A stretch of DNA of 63,596 nucleotides, counting the filler, from Anaerolineae bacterium (GTDB taxonomy: Bacteria > Chloroflexota > Anaerolineae > B4-G1 > DUEL01), in assembly GCA_041082215.1 (NCBI GenBank). It is 14 parts of 14 records of this genome, joined end to end, with 100 filler letters (N's around TTAATTAATTAA, not from the genome) between each part and the next. Parts side by side here need not be neighbours in the genome. Positions count along the whole stretch, not along the records: positions 1 to 20,553 come from JBDOIF010000030.1; 13 more parts are not named here. One strand, written 5' to 3'. The translations under genes and the position numbers were made by a program. The notes beneath the pieces were generated by a model. It was not told the DNA's origin. It saw only the letters and a program-made list of their open reading frames with translations, and made no database searches. This document shows positions 10,310 through 19,762 of this stretch, one piece after another (the first letter of the stretch is position 1; the number at the start of each line of letters is the position of its first letter).

Positions 10310-11607
10310 TGAACTACCTGGACTTCGTGGTCGCCTCCCACCGGTTCGGCCGCCCTCTGGGCATCCCCTCGATCTGCTCGGCCCACCCCGCCGTCATCGA
10401 GGCCGCTTTGCGTTACAGACAGGCGTACCCCCGTCCCCTCCTCATCGAAGCCACCTCCAATCAGGTCAACCCGTTCGGCGGATACACCGGTATGACGCCG
10501 GCGGATTTCGCCCGCCTTGTCGGTGACATGGCCGACGCCGTGGGCTTTCCCCGCCGCAGCCTGATCCTGGGGGGCGACCACCTGGGTCCCCTGCCCTGGT
10601 CTGACGAACCGGCTGCCCGCGCGATGGAGAAAGCTAAGGAGATGGTGCGGGCCTGTGTGCAGGCCGGGTTCGTCAAGCTCCACCTCGACTGCTCTATGGC
10701 ATGTGCCGACGACAGCGATCTGCCGGTGGAGAGAGTCGCGGCCCGCACGGCAGAGCTGGCACAGACGGCAGAAGAGACAGCCGCTGAACGGAACGACAGC
10801 CTGCGTTACGTGATCGGTACGGAGGTCCCTCCGGCCGGAGGGGCGCGGTCGGGCGAACCCTCCCCTACCGTCACCGACCCGGCAGCGGTTGCCGAGACGA
10901 TCGAGCAGACCCGCCGCGCCTTCTCCGCCCTGGGGCTGGAAAGGGCCTGGGAAAGGGTCGTGGCTGTGGTCGTGCAGCCGGGCGTTGAGTTCGGCGACGA
11001 GGCCGTACATGAGTACGATCCGTCGAGGGCAACCGGCCTGGCGCGCTTCATTGAAAGCGTCCCTGGTATGGTTTATGAGGCCCATTCCACCGATTATCAG
11101 CCCCGTTCCGCCCTGCGCGCTCTGGTCGAGGACCACTTCGGCATACTCAAAGTGGGGCCGGCCCTGACCTTCGCCTATCGGGAGGCCGTCTTTGCCCTGG
11201 CGATGATGGAGGCGGAGCTTGTCCCTGCACAGGAGCGCTCCCACCTGATCGAAACCCTGGATACGGTGATGCGGGAAAAACCGGTCCACTGGCGCAGGTA
11301 CTACAGCGGGTCGGAGCGGGAGCAGGCGTTCAAGCGCCGGTACAGCCGAAGCGACCGCATCCGCTATTACTGGGCAGAGCCGCGCGTACAGGCTGCGGTA
11401 GGGCGACTGCTGGACAACATCGGCTCGCGTCCCCTGCCGTTCCCGCTGGTGAGCCAGTTTGCTCCCTACGCCTGTGACGAAATCCGACGCGGGTCCCTCC
11501 CTGCCAGCCCCTCCGCCGTGATCTACGCGCGCATCCGGGAAGTGCTCGAAGATTACGACGCGGCCTGTGACGGCGGACCCGGCTCCGCCATCGCTGCGTC
11601 ATTTTGA
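10309..11607 (+). CDS. gatZ: GatZ/KbaZ/AgaZ-family protein (likely tagatose-6-phosphate 4-epimerase)
   Basis: SICSAHP, EATSNQVN..GGYTGM, GGDHLGP, GTEVP, VVQPGVEF, EAHSTDYQ, LKVGPALT, SDRIRYYW. Confidence 0.88.
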   Translation: MNYLDFVVASHRFGRPLGIPSICSAHPAVIEAALRYRQAYPRPLLIEATSNQVNPFGGYTGMTPADFARLVGDMADAVGFPRRSLILGGDHLGPLPWSDEPAARAMEKAKEMVRACVQAGFVKLHLDCSMACADDSDLPVERVAARTAELAQTAEETAAERNDSLRYVIGTEVPPAGGARSGEPSPTVTDPAAVAETIEQTRRAFSALGLERAWERVVAVVVQPGVEFGDEAVHEYDPSRATGLARFIESVPGMVYEAHSTDYQPRSALRALVEDHFGILKVGPALTFAYREAVFALAMMEAELVPAQERSHLIETLDTVMREKPVHWRRYYSGSEREQAFKRRYSRSDRIRYYWAEPRVQAAVGRLLDNIGSRPLPFPLVSQFAPYACDEIRRGSLPASPSAVIYARIREVLEDYDAACDGGPGSAIAASF

Positions 11608-11656
11608 CCCGCCAAATGGCTACAGCTCCCTCCTCTGGGTGTCCAGATCGCCGGAT

Positions 11657-11685
11657 TTGACAATAATCTCTGTTCGATTTATAAT
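11657..11685 (+). promoter_or_regulatory. Perfect-consensus sigma70 promoter
   Basis: TTGACA (11657-11662), 17 nt, TATAAT (11680-11685). Confidence 0.75.
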
Positions 11686-11825
11686 GTTATTGAAAATCAA
11701 GAGGTGGGCCAAAAGCGTACAGCGGCTCGGTCTCCGGGATAAAGGAAACGCTCTCACAAGCAAGCCCCTCATTCCCTGCTTTCCTTAAGCCTTTGTCCTT
11801 TTCGCCCCCCAGAAAGGAGTTTCTA

Positions 11826-12239
11826 ATGGCTATGCAGATGATTCCCCCGGCAGAGGTGAACAACTCGAAGATCAAGCTCATCTTCGACGAGGCCTTCCTT
11901 GATAACGACATTACCGAGAGCGGCGAGGTCCGTGTCACCGAAGGAGGGATCAAAGTACTGGTCTCGGTTGATTCCGATCGCCAGCTCTTGAGATACCTCA
12001 TGCTCTTCGGATACCGGCCAGGGGCCAAGGTCCAGGACCAGTTGGAGCTGGTCAATGAGCTGAATAAGAACATCATCTTCATGCGGGCCTGGTCGTTTGG
12101 CAACGGCATCGCCTTTGACTATGCACTCCCCTACGACGGCGGGCTTCTGCCCAAGCAGGTGGTCAGCGCCTACCAGTGGCTGCGGAAGACTGCTCTGGGA
12201 GGCCTGCAGCAGTACGATCGAAAGAACATCGTCGCCTGA
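11826..12239 (+). CDS. YbjN-like domain protein
   Basis: 137 aa, LELVNELNK..IFMRA and YDGGL pattern; AAAGGAG RBS. Confidence 0.55.
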   Translation: MAMQMIPPAEVNNSKIKLIFDEAFLDNDITESGEVRVTEGGIKVLVSVDSDRQLLRYLMLFGYRPGAKVQDQLELVNELNKNIIFMRAWSFGNGIAFDYALPYDGGLLPKQVVSAYQWLRKTALGGLQQYDRKNIVA

Positions 12240-12308
12240 GGTAAAGCCCGCCCAACCTCCAGCAGAATACTTCTCGGATTTTCCATTGAGGGAAGCTCGC
12301 ACGAACGA

Positions 12309-13124
12309 ATGCCGGAGCTGCCGGAGGTTGAGACCATAGCAAGCGGCCTGCGGGAGATCGTGGGCCGACAGATCGTCGGGGTAGAGGTACGCTGGCCTCG
12401 CGCCGTCGTGCCCGGGTTGCCTCTTTTCGAAACTGGCCTCCTCGGACGCACGGTCCTGGGGGTGCAGCGACGCGGTAAATGGGTGGACCTCCCCCTGGAG
12501 GGGGAGGTCCATCTGTTGATCCATCTCCGTATGAGCGGCCGGCTGCTTTTGGAGTCGGCTGAGGCGGCGGAAGACCCCCATACGCGGGTGGTGGTGCGGC
12601 TGGACGATGGCCGCCAGCTCCGTTTTTCCGACCCCCGCAAGTTTGGCCGAATGGTGCTGACGGCAAACCCCGACCAGGTGCTGGGCGACCTGGGGCCGGA
12701 GCCTCTGGGGGAGGCTTTCACCGTCCGAAAGCTCCGGGAGATGCTGGCCCGGCGAAAGGCCCGGCTGAAGCCGCTACTCCTCGACCAGCGCTTCCTGGCC
12801 GGCCTGGGAAACATCTACGCCGATGAGGTCCTCTGGCGGGCCCGGCTTCATCCCCTGCGCCGCGCCGATACGCTCACCGAAGAGGAGACCGACCGGCTCT
12901 ACAGTGCCATCCGCAGTGTGCTGAAAGAGGCAATCGCCCGACGTGGAAGCACGCTGGACGACCGGAGGTACGTGGGAGCCGACGGCCAGCCGGGGAATTT
13001 CGCTCCCTCACTGGCCGTGTACAGGCGCGCCGGTCAGCCCTGCCCCCGCTGTGGGGAGACCGTCGAGCGCATCGTCGTCGGAGGCCGGGGGACCCACCTC
13101 TGCCCCCGATGCCAGCCGCTCTGA
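12309..13124 (+). CDS. mutM: Formamidopyrimidine-DNA glycosylase
   Basis: MPELPEVET, RRGK, HLRMSG, DPRKFG, GLGNIYADE and C-terminal zinc finger. Confidence 0.96.
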   Translation: MPELPEVETIASGLREIVGRQIVGVEVRWPRAVVPGLPLFETGLLGRTVLGVQRRGKWVDLPLEGEVHLLIHLRMSGRLLLESAEAAEDPHTRVVVRLDDGRQLRFSDPRKFGRMVLTANPDQVLGDLGPEPLGEAFTVRKLREMLARRKARLKPLLLDQRFLAGLGNIYADEVLWRARLHPLRRADTLTEEETDRLYSAIRSVLKEAIARRGSTLDDRRYVGADGQPGNFAPSLAVYRRAGQPCPRCGETVERIVVGGRGTHLCPRCQPL

Positions 13125-13157
13125 CCCCGGGGGCCCGAAAACCCCTCACCTGCCGGA

Positions 13158-14264
13158 TCACCGGACCACCCTGCGGTAGACCTCCAGGGTCTTCCGGGCG
13201 GTCTTCTCCCAGGTGAAACTGCCCGCGCGCAACAGCCCCGCCTCTCGCAGCCGGTCCCGCAGGCCCTCCTCCTTCAGCACCCTCATCATCCCCGCCGCGA
13301 TCGCCTCCGGCTCCTCCGGATTCACCCATATCCCCGCTTCCCCCACCACCTCAGGGAGCGATCCCCGATCCGAGATCACCACCGGCGTCCCACAGGCCAT
13401 TGCCTCCAGCGCCGGGAGACCGAATCCCTCGTAGAAGGAAGGGGTGGCAAGGAGAGCTGCCCCGTTGTAGAGGGCCGGGAGGTCGCCGTCGGGGACGTCG
13501 TGGAGGAAACGGACCCGGTACGTCAACGCCAGCTCCTCCAGACGGGCGAAAACTTCCCCGTACAGCCATCCCCGCCCACCGACCACCACCAGTGGGGCCT
13601 CCACATCCCCCCGGTCCAGCAGGATGCGGTAGGCCGTCAGCAGCCCTGGCAGGTTCTTGCGCGGCTCCAGCGTGCCGACGAAGAGGAGATACCCGCGCTT
13701 CAGCCCATAGCGGGCCAGTGTCGCTTCGACAAGGGGGAATGGCAGGGGGCGAAAGGCCGGATCGGCGGCCAGGTGAACAGCAGTAACCCTCTCCGGAGGG
13801 ACCCCCAGCAGCCGGATGAGATCGGCCCGGGTGGCCTCCGAGTCGGCCAGGATGTGGTCGGCCCGGTGAACGGCCCACGCGATCTGCCGGTTGTAGTAAC
13901 GGCGGCTCTCGTCGGTGAGGAACTGGGGGAAGTACAGGAAGTTCAGATCGTGCACGGTGATCACGAAGCGGCGAGCGCCGAAGGCCGGGGGGATAAAATC
14001 GGGGCTGTGAAGGAGGTCCAGCCCCAGCCGGGCAACCTCCACCCCCAGCGTCCACCGCTCCAGCCGGTGGTGGCAGGGGGTCCAGAGCGTAGCGCGGCGG
14101 AAATTCTCTCCCGCCTCCTTTCGCGTCGGATCCCGCCGGCTGCGCAGGACCCGGTAGTCGGTGGCGGGGTCAAGGGCGGCGAGGGCCGGCAGCAGATGGG
14201 AGACATAGCTGGCGATCCCGCCGCGCCGATAGGCGACCATCCGGGCATCTATGCCGACTCGCAC
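13158..14264 (-). CDS. Glycosyltransferase family 4 (GT-B)
   Basis: GTLEPRKN, EGFGLPALEAMACG. Confidence 0.92.
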   Translation of the reverse strand: MRVGIDARMVAYRRGGIASYVSHLLPALAALDPATDYRVLRSRRDPTRKEAGENFRRATLWTPCHHRLERWTLGVEVARLGLDLLHSPDFIPPAFGARRFVITVHDLNFLYFPQFLTDESRRYYNRQIAWAVHRADHILADSEATRADLIRLLGVPPERVTAVHLAADPAFRPLPFPLVEATLARYGLKRGYLLFVGTLEPRKNLPGLLTAYRILLDRGDVEAPLVVVGGRGWLYGEVFARLEELALTYRVRFLHDVPDGDLPALYNGAALLATPSFYEGFGLPALEAMACGTPVVISDRGSLPEVVGEAGIWVNPEEPEAIAAGMMRVLKEEGLRDRLREAGLLRAGSFTWEKTARKTLEVYRRVVR

Positions 14265-14270
14265 AGGGCC

Positions 14271-14298
14271 ATTATAGCCTGCGGGCCAGGTCTGTCAA
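14271..14298 (-). promoter_or_regulatory. Sigma70 promoter directly abutting the GT4 start codon
   Basis: Minus strand TTGACA (14298-14293), 16 nt, TATAAT (14276-14271), 6 nt before the GTG at 14264. Confidence 0.65.
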
Positions 14299-14366
14299 TT
14301 TATCGTCCACTTGACAAGCTCGCCCTCTTGTGGGAAACTGAAGAACCCCAGGCGGGAGGCGGAAGG

Positions 14367-15071
14367 ATGTTTCCTCTCAAAGACACGGTACGCGCGCGGG
14401 ATGTGCCCCTTGTGAACTGGCTCCTGATCGGCATCAACGTCTTTGCCTTCATCCTGGAGACCCGATTGGGGCCTCGGGAGCTTCAGCAGCTTGTCCAGGT
14501 TTTGGGAGTGGTGCCTGCCCGCTTTATGGGCCATCCCAGCCTGCGGGAGGTGCTCACCATCCCCACTTCTATGTTCCTCCACGGCGGCTGGTTCCACCTG
14601 ATCGGCAACATGTGGGCTCTTTACCTTTTTGGCGACAACGTCGAGGACCGGATGGGGCATGGGCGGTATCTGGTCTTCTACCTGCTCTCCGGCGCGGCGG
14701 CTGCGCTCACCCACATCCTGCTCAACCCCCTCTCCGGCCTCCCCACCGTCGGGGCCAGCGGGGCTATCTCCGGCGTCCTAGGGGCCTACCTGGTCCTCTT
14801 CCCCACAGCGCGGGTGGTGACGCTCATCCCCATGTTCTTCCTGCCCTGGTTTGTGGAAATCCCCGCCCTCATCTACCTGGGGTTGTGGTTCCTTTCCCAG
14901 TTCTTCAACGGCCTCTTCACCCTTGCAGCGGCGGAAGCGATCGGCATGTACGGAGGCGTGGCCTGGTGGGCCCACGTGGGTGGCTTCATAGCGGGCGTGC
15001 TGCTGGTGAAGTTCTTCGAGCGAAGGCGAAGCTACCGTGCATGGTACGCCGATGAGTACTGGCCATGGTAG
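14367..15071 (+). CDS. Rhomboid-family intramembrane serine protease
   Basis: SMFLHGG.FHLIGNM, GASGAI, AHVGG. Confidence 0.92.
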   Translation: MFPLKDTVRARDVPLVNWLLIGINVFAFILETRLGPRELQQLVQVLGVVPARFMGHPSLREVLTIPTSMFLHGGWFHLIGNMWALYLFGDNVEDRMGHGRYLVFYLLSGAAAALTHILLNPLSGLPTVGASGAISGVLGAYLVLFPTARVVTLIPMFFLPWFVEIPALIYLGLWFLSQFFNGLFTLAAAEAIGMYGGVAWWAHVGGFIAGVLLVKFFERRRSYRAWYADEYWPW

Positions 15072-15101
15072 AGGCAGGTGACAGGGAGGAGTGAAGGGAA
15101 G

Positions 15102-15947
15102 ATGTCTTTTCTCGATCTGTTCTGGATTTTCTTTATGATTGCTTCGCTGCAGCCGGTGGTCCGGCAGAAGATGCTGGAAGCGGCCCGTGTGCGTACGCTC
15201 CGTCGCCTGGAGCAGAAGCGAGGGAGTCGGGCGATCGCCCTCATCCACCGCCAGGAGACGCTCCGGCTCCTGGGCTTCCCCCTCGCCCGCTACATTGACA
15301 TTGACGATTCAGAGGAGGTGCTGCGGGCGATCAAGCTGACAGACCCTGAGGTGCCGATAGACCTGATCCTCCACACTCCTGGGGGGCTTGTGCTGGCAGC
15401 AGAACAGATCGCCTACGCCCTCTGCCGCCACAAAGCGCCGGTCACGATCTTCGTGCCCCATTATGCTATGTCCGGCGGCACCCTCATCGCGCTGGCAGCC
15501 GACCAGATCGTGATGGACGAAAACGCGGTGCTGGGGCCGGTGGACCCCCAACTGGGCCAGTATCCGGCAGCTTCCATCCTCAAGGCCGTAGCACAGAAGG
15601 ACGCGAACGAGGTGGACGACCAGACGCTGATCCTGGCCGACGTGGCCGAGAAGGCGATCCGTCAGGTCAAGCAGACCATCGTCCGGATCGTGCGGGAGCG
15701 GATGGAGCAGGAGCAGGCAGAGGAGCTGGCCGATAAGCTGGCCTCCGGCATCTGGACCCACGACTATCCAATCACGGTGCGGGAAGCCCAGGAGTTGGGG
15801 CTGCCGGTGAGTACGGAGATGCCCAAAGAGGTCTACGACCTTATGAACCTCTACCCTCAGACCGCTCAGCGGCGCCCGTCGGTGGAGTACATCCCCATCC
15901 CCTACCGCTCCCGGGAGGAGGAACGGCGCACATCTGGTCGGGGGTAG
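15102..15947 (+). CDS. ClpP-class serine protease (SDH_sah/DUF114 family)
   Basis: LHTPGG, AMSGGTLIAL, LGPVDPQ, WTHDYPI. Confidence 0.85.
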   Translation: MSFLDLFWIFFMIASLQPVVRQKMLEAARVRTLRRLEQKRGSRAIALIHRQETLRLLGFPLARYIDIDDSEEVLRAIKLTDPEVPIDLILHTPGGLVLAAEQIAYALCRHKAPVTIFVPHYAMSGGTLIALAADQIVMDENAVLGPVDPQLGQYPAASILKAVAQKDANEVDDQTLILADVAEKAIRQVKQTIVRIVRERMEQEQAEELADKLASGIWTHDYPITVREAQELGLPVSTEMPKEVYDLMNLYPQTAQRRPSVEYIPIPYRSREEERRTSGRG

Positions 15948-15950
15948 TCA

Positions 15951-16370
15951 GTGGGAGCCCGGCGGACTGGCTGCGAGGTCCTCCTGATCGCCGCGCAGTG
16001 GCACACGAGGGCGCTTCTCCTGGCGGAGCTGCGGGAGGCCGGGTATGAGGTCGTGGCCCTGCCCGGGCTGCGGCTGGCCCTCCCGGCCCTGGCCGCCGGC
16101 CGGGTACGGCCTGTGCTGGTGGTGCTGGATACGGCCGACGACCCGGAGGCCCACCCCCAGCGGGTACAGCAACTGCTGCGGCTCCTGGAAGACGTGCCAG
16201 TGGTTCTGCTGGTAGGGGCTTATGGGGCATCGGCCTTTGCGCCGTTGCAGGGCCGGGTAGCTGCCTGGCTGACCCGCCCACTGCGGGTAGCCAGCGTTGT
16301 GGCGGCGGTGCAACGGCTCTGCCCGCTCGACGCCCCAGACCGCCGACAACCCAACTCGGAGGTTCGATGA
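15951..16370 (+). CDS. Degenerate response-regulator receiver-like protein
   Basis: beta/alpha pattern with GYEV, P.LVVLD, PVVLL and LTRP in place of KP. Confidence 0.45.
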   Translation: MGARRTGCEVLLIAAQWHTRALLLAELREAGYEVVALPGLRLALPALAAGRVRPVLVVLDTADDPEAHPQRVQQLLRLLEDVPVVLLVGAYGASAFAPLQGRVAAWLTRPLRVASVVAAVQRLCPLDAPDRRQPNSEVR

Positions 16371-16936
16371 AGGACATCACTCGCAGGAAACCTTTGTTGC
16401 AGGAGACGTATGAGGCGCCGCAAGAGTGGCAGGAGGCAGTGCTGGAACGCCTCCGGAGAGGCGGACCCGTATGCCAGCACGCAGCCGCATATATCGCCCG
16501 CCACGGCGTCCGCCTCCGGTTTCGGAAACAGAGCACGGGGGCGAGATGGACGGCGGGCGGGGATATCGAACTGAACCCCCTGTGTTACCCCCCTCAGAGC
16601 GACCCGACCGATCCCGGGCTGCTGGGCGCAATCGTCCACGAGGCAACCCATCTGGAGCAGGGGCCTGCAATGGCGCTCTCCGTGGAGGGCGAGGTCGGTG
16701 GATGGCGGGCGGAGTTTCTGGCACGGGCAGAGCTGAACGCCCCGATCGAAGACGAATGCTGGCGGGCTGTCGCTTCCACCCCTACCTCTCCGACCAAACA
16801 GGACCTGCTCAGGGCGCGGTCGAAGATGATCGAAATGGCGGGGCGTCGTTACCTGGTCTGGCTCCTGCCCCTCAGGGCGAACCGGCTCACCGCCCTGGCA
16901 GCGTGGATAGCAGGCAGGGTACGACGCAGGGGCTGA
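16367..16936 (+). CDS. Hypothetical protein with HExxH zinc-metallopeptidase motif
   Basis: IVHEATH followed by S..GE..; ATGA overlap with the upstream gene and GGAGG RBS. Confidence 0.55.
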   Translation: MKDITRRKPLLQETYEAPQEWQEAVLERLRRGGPVCQHAAAYIARHGVRLRFRKQSTGARWTAGGDIELNPLCYPPQSDPTDPGLLGAIVHEATHLEQGPAMALSVEGEVGGWRAEFLARAELNAPIEDECWRAVASTPTSPTKQDLLRARSKMIEMAGRRYLVWLLPLRANRLTALAAWIAGRVRRRG

Positions 16937-16963
16937 AAGCATCCCTGTCGCAGCACCGACCTT

Positions 16964-17758
16964 TCAAGAGAGAACCCGTTGCCCGGCCCGATCCAGGGCC
17001 TTCCGCACCCTCCGCGCCAGCACGCCCAGCTCTGGCGATTCCAGCATCTCCGCCGTCCGCGGCCGGGGAAGGTCCACCCTCACCTCCGCCACAATGGAAG
17101 CCGGCCTCGGTCCCAGCACCAGGACCCGGTCTGCCAGGAGGATGGCCTCCGACACCGAGTGGGTGACCATCACCACCGTCTTGTGCCATGCCTGCCAGAT
17201 ACGCAGGAGTTCCTGCGCCATCCGCTCCCGCGTCAGGGCATCCAGCGCGCCGAAAGGCTCATCCAGCAGGAGAAGGCGAGGGCTATGCGCCAGCGCCCGC
17301 ACCAGGGCCACCCGTTGTGCCATCCCGCCGGAAAGTTGCGCTGGATATACCCGCTCGAACCCCGCCAGCCCCACCAGGTCCAGTAGCTCACGGGCCTTCT
17401 TTCGGGCCTCCTCTCCGGGCATTCCGGCCACCTCCAGCGGCAGAGCTGCGTTTTCCTCCACGGTCCGCCAGGCCATAAGCGTCGGCTGCTGGAAGACGAT
17501 GCCTACAGTACGGCGGGGCCGATCCACCTCCATCCCCGCCAGATAAACCTGTCCTCCCGTCGGTCGCTCCAATCCAGCCACCAGCCTGAGCAGAGTGGTC
17601 TTGCCACAGCCGGAGGGGCCCACCAGGCAGAGGAATTCCCCTTCCGCCGCCTCGAAAGAGACCCCGGCCAGGACCGGAAGCCATCCGTCGGTCCGACGGT
17701 AGGCCATCCGCAGCCCCTTCACCCTCAGAAAAGGCCCATCCTGGCCGGCCACTTCCAT
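16964..17758 (-). CDS. ABC transporter ATP-binding protein (NitT/TauT family), riboflavin transporter component
   Basis: [27 protein letters not shown]; alternative start at 17782. Confidence 0.9.
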   Translation of the reverse strand: MEVAGQDGPFLRVKGLRMAYRRTDGWLPVLAGVSFEAAEGEFLCLVGPSGCGKTTLLRLVAGLERPTGGQVYLAGMEVDRPRRTVGIVFQQPTLMAWRTVEENAALPLEVAGMPGEEARKKARELLDLVGLAGFERVYPAQLSGGMAQRVALVRALAHSPRLLLLDEPFGALDALTRERMAQELLRIWQAWHKTVVMVTHSVSEAILLADRVLVLGPRPASIVAEVRVDLPRPRTAEMLESPELGVLARRVRKALDRAGQRVLS

Positions 17759-17765
17759 CCCGTTC

Positions 17766-18737
17766 CTACGGGAGGAACTCATTGGTGAAAGCCTCCTCCA
17801 CTTCCACTGGAGTGGAAAGCAACCCCGCCTCCCGCATCACCTCCTCCGTCGTCTGCCAGGCAGCGAGGTCGGCCCACCCCAGGGGTTCCCCGTACCAGTA
17901 GGGGAGCGTGGCCTCCAGCACCGCCTGTTGCGTCGCCTCGTTCTCGTCCAGGCCCTCCACATACTTGCGGGAGATATCGAAGGCGGCATCGGGATCGTCC
18001 AGCGTGTCGGCCAGGCCCCGCAGAAAGGCGCGGACGAAACGGCGGACCAGCTCCGGCTGCTCCCGTATGGTCTCCTCATTGGTGATCAGCCCGTTGGAAA
18101 TCAGGGGGGCATAGTCGGCCACCGGCATCACCACCACATCGTAACCTGCCTGTTCAAGCTGGACCGGCTCATTGTTGGCGTAGACCACAGCCGCGTCCAC
18201 CCGGCCCTCGGTGAGGTTGGCCAGTTGGGTGTAGCCGATCACCTCCAGTCGGACCTCTCCCTCTGGCAGCCCAACCGCCGAGGTCAGCGCCCGCCAGCCG
18301 ATGTAGCTGGCCCCAAAGGTCTCCGGGATGCCGACCCGTCGCCCTTTCAGGTCGGCGGGCTTTTCGATGCCGCTCTCCTTCAGGGCCACGACTGCCACCG
18401 GAAAGCGGCGCCACCAGTTGACGACGGTGACGACGGGCAGCCCCTGGGAGCGGGCCAGCAGCACCTGATCGCCGCTGGCAACGGCGAAGGGGAGTTCCCC
18501 TGCCCCGACCAGCCGGACCCCGTCCGTTTCCCATCCGTAGTCGAACACAAGCTCGATCCCCTCGTCGGCGAAGTACCCTCGCTCCACCGCGACGTACCAG
18601 GGGGCAAACTGGACGTTGGCGACGTATCCCATAGGCAGGCGGATAGACGTCAACTCTGGAGTGGATGCACCGGACCTGCCGCATGCTGCCAGGATGGAGA
18701 GCAGAAGCAGGGAAAACAGGATATAGCGTTTGTACAT
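17766..18737 (-). CDS. ribY: NMT1/THI5-like substrate-binding lipoprotein, probable riboflavin-binding RibY
   Basis: Lipobox LAAC, MGYVANVQFAP, GYFADEGI; lies downstream of an FMN riboswitch. Confidence 0.78.
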   Translation of the reverse strand: MYKRYILFSLLLLSILAACGRSGASTPELTSIRLPMGYVANVQFAPWYVAVERGYFADEGIELVFDYGWETDGVRLVGAGELPFAVASGDQVLLARSQGLPVVTVVNWWRRFPVAVVALKESGIEKPADLKGRRVGIPETFGASYIGWRALTSAVGLPEGEVRLEVIGYTQLANLTEGRVDAAVVYANNEPVQLEQAGYDVVVMPVADYAPLISNGLITNEETIREQPELVRRFVRAFLRGLADTLDDPDAAFDISRKYVEGLDENEATQQAVLEATLPYWYGEPLGWADLAAWQTTEEVMREAGLLSTPVEVEEAFTNEFLP

Positions 18738-18760
18738 TGTTTGTACCTCCTATATGAAGT

Positions 18761-18830
18761 GTCAGGCGTCAAGCGTCAGGCGTCAAACGTCAGGCTTGAC
18801 GTTTGACGCTTGACGTTTGACGTTTGACAT
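18761..18830. repeat. Inverted block of heptamer tandem repeats (CGTCARR)n/(TTGACG.)n
   Basis: About five copies in each orientation, forming a long hairpin between ribX and ribY. Confidence 0.75.
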
Positions 18831-18831
18831 C

Positions 18832-19593
18832 TCACACACCACGCCTCCCCACCACCACCCGTTCCACCACCGCCACCGCCCCGTAGAGCGCCTGCGCCAT
18901 CGCCACCAGCGCGCCGATGCCGACGAAGACCAGAGGGGTATCGTAGAGCTGCTGGCCCTGCTTGAGCAGGTAGCCCAGGCCCCGGTCGGAGGCGACGAAC
19001 TCCCCCACCACCGCGCCGATGACGGCCAGCGTGGCCCCCACCTTGAGCCCTCCCAATAGCACCGGCAGCGCTGCCGGCACCTCCAGCATCCAGACGGTCT
19101 GCCAGCGGCTGGCCTCCAGCGCCCGCATCAGGTCCCGCAGCTCCCGCCCCACTGACCGCACACCGACGATGGTGTTGACCAGGATGGGGAAGAAGACGAT
19201 GAGGGCACAGGTCAGGACCTTGGGGAGAAGGCCGGTGCCGAACCAGATGACGAGCAGAGGAGCGATGGCCACGACGGGGACCGACTGGGAGGCGACGATG
19301 TAGGGGGCCAGGAGCCGTTCTGCCAGGGGAGAGTGGGCCAGCCCGTAGCCCAGCAACGTCGCGACCAGCACCCCAAGCCCCAACCCTGCCAGCACCTCTT
19401 GCAACGTCACTCCGGCATGGAAGAGGAGGGAGCCGCTGACAAGCAGCTCCGCCAGCCGGTGCGCCACCGCTTCAGGTGGGGGGAGGATAAAGGGAGGGTA
19501 CTTTCCCAACCAGATCACGCCCTTCCACACCGTCAGGAAGGCGAGCACTCCCAGCCCGGCCTGGGTGATCCGTGGAGTGAACCGTCCTGTCAT
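18832..19593 (-). CDS. ribX: ABC transporter permease, probable riboflavin transporter RibX
   Basis: ILPPP, QSVPVVAIAPLL..WFG, GAVVGEF...GLG; first gene after the FMN riboswitch. Confidence 0.8.
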   Translation of the reverse strand: MTGRFTPRITQAGLGVLAFLTVWKGVIWLGKYPPFILPPPEAVAHRLAELLVSGSLLFHAGVTLQEVLAGLGLGVLVATLLGYGLAHSPLAERLLAPYIVASQSVPVVAIAPLLVIWFGTGLLPKVLTCALIVFFPILVNTIVGVRSVGRELRDLMRALEASRWQTVWMLEVPAALPVLLGGLKVGATLAVIGAVVGEFVASDRGLGYLLKQGQQLYDTPLVFVGIGALVAMAQALYGAVAVVERVVVGRRGV

Positions 19594-19638
19594 TGGGCAA
19601 AACACTCCTTCGGTCGCGCAAATTCTGTTCGTTATGTG

Positions 19639-19672
19639 AAAAAAAGCCCCGCGGGCAGGCCACCCACGGGGC
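19639..19672 (-). terminator. Intrinsic terminator of the riboswitch expression platform
   Basis: Minus strand GCCCCGTGGG-tggcctg-CCCGCGGGGC followed by T7. Confidence 0.8.
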
Positions 19673-19762
19673 AAGGCAGTCTGTGGCGCATAAAGAACCC
19701 CGAAGACCAGACGGCCTTCGGGGCATACTTTACGCACGCCGCAGAACACGGCTTAACCGCTC

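Noticed and set aside
11690..11825. c-di-GMP or other known riboswitch
   Set aside because: No convincing conserved core motifs or pairing could be found by eye.
16964..19593. Nitrate/sulfonate/thiamine-precursor transporter
   Set aside because: Same protein families, but the upstream FMN riboswitch argues for riboflavin uptake.
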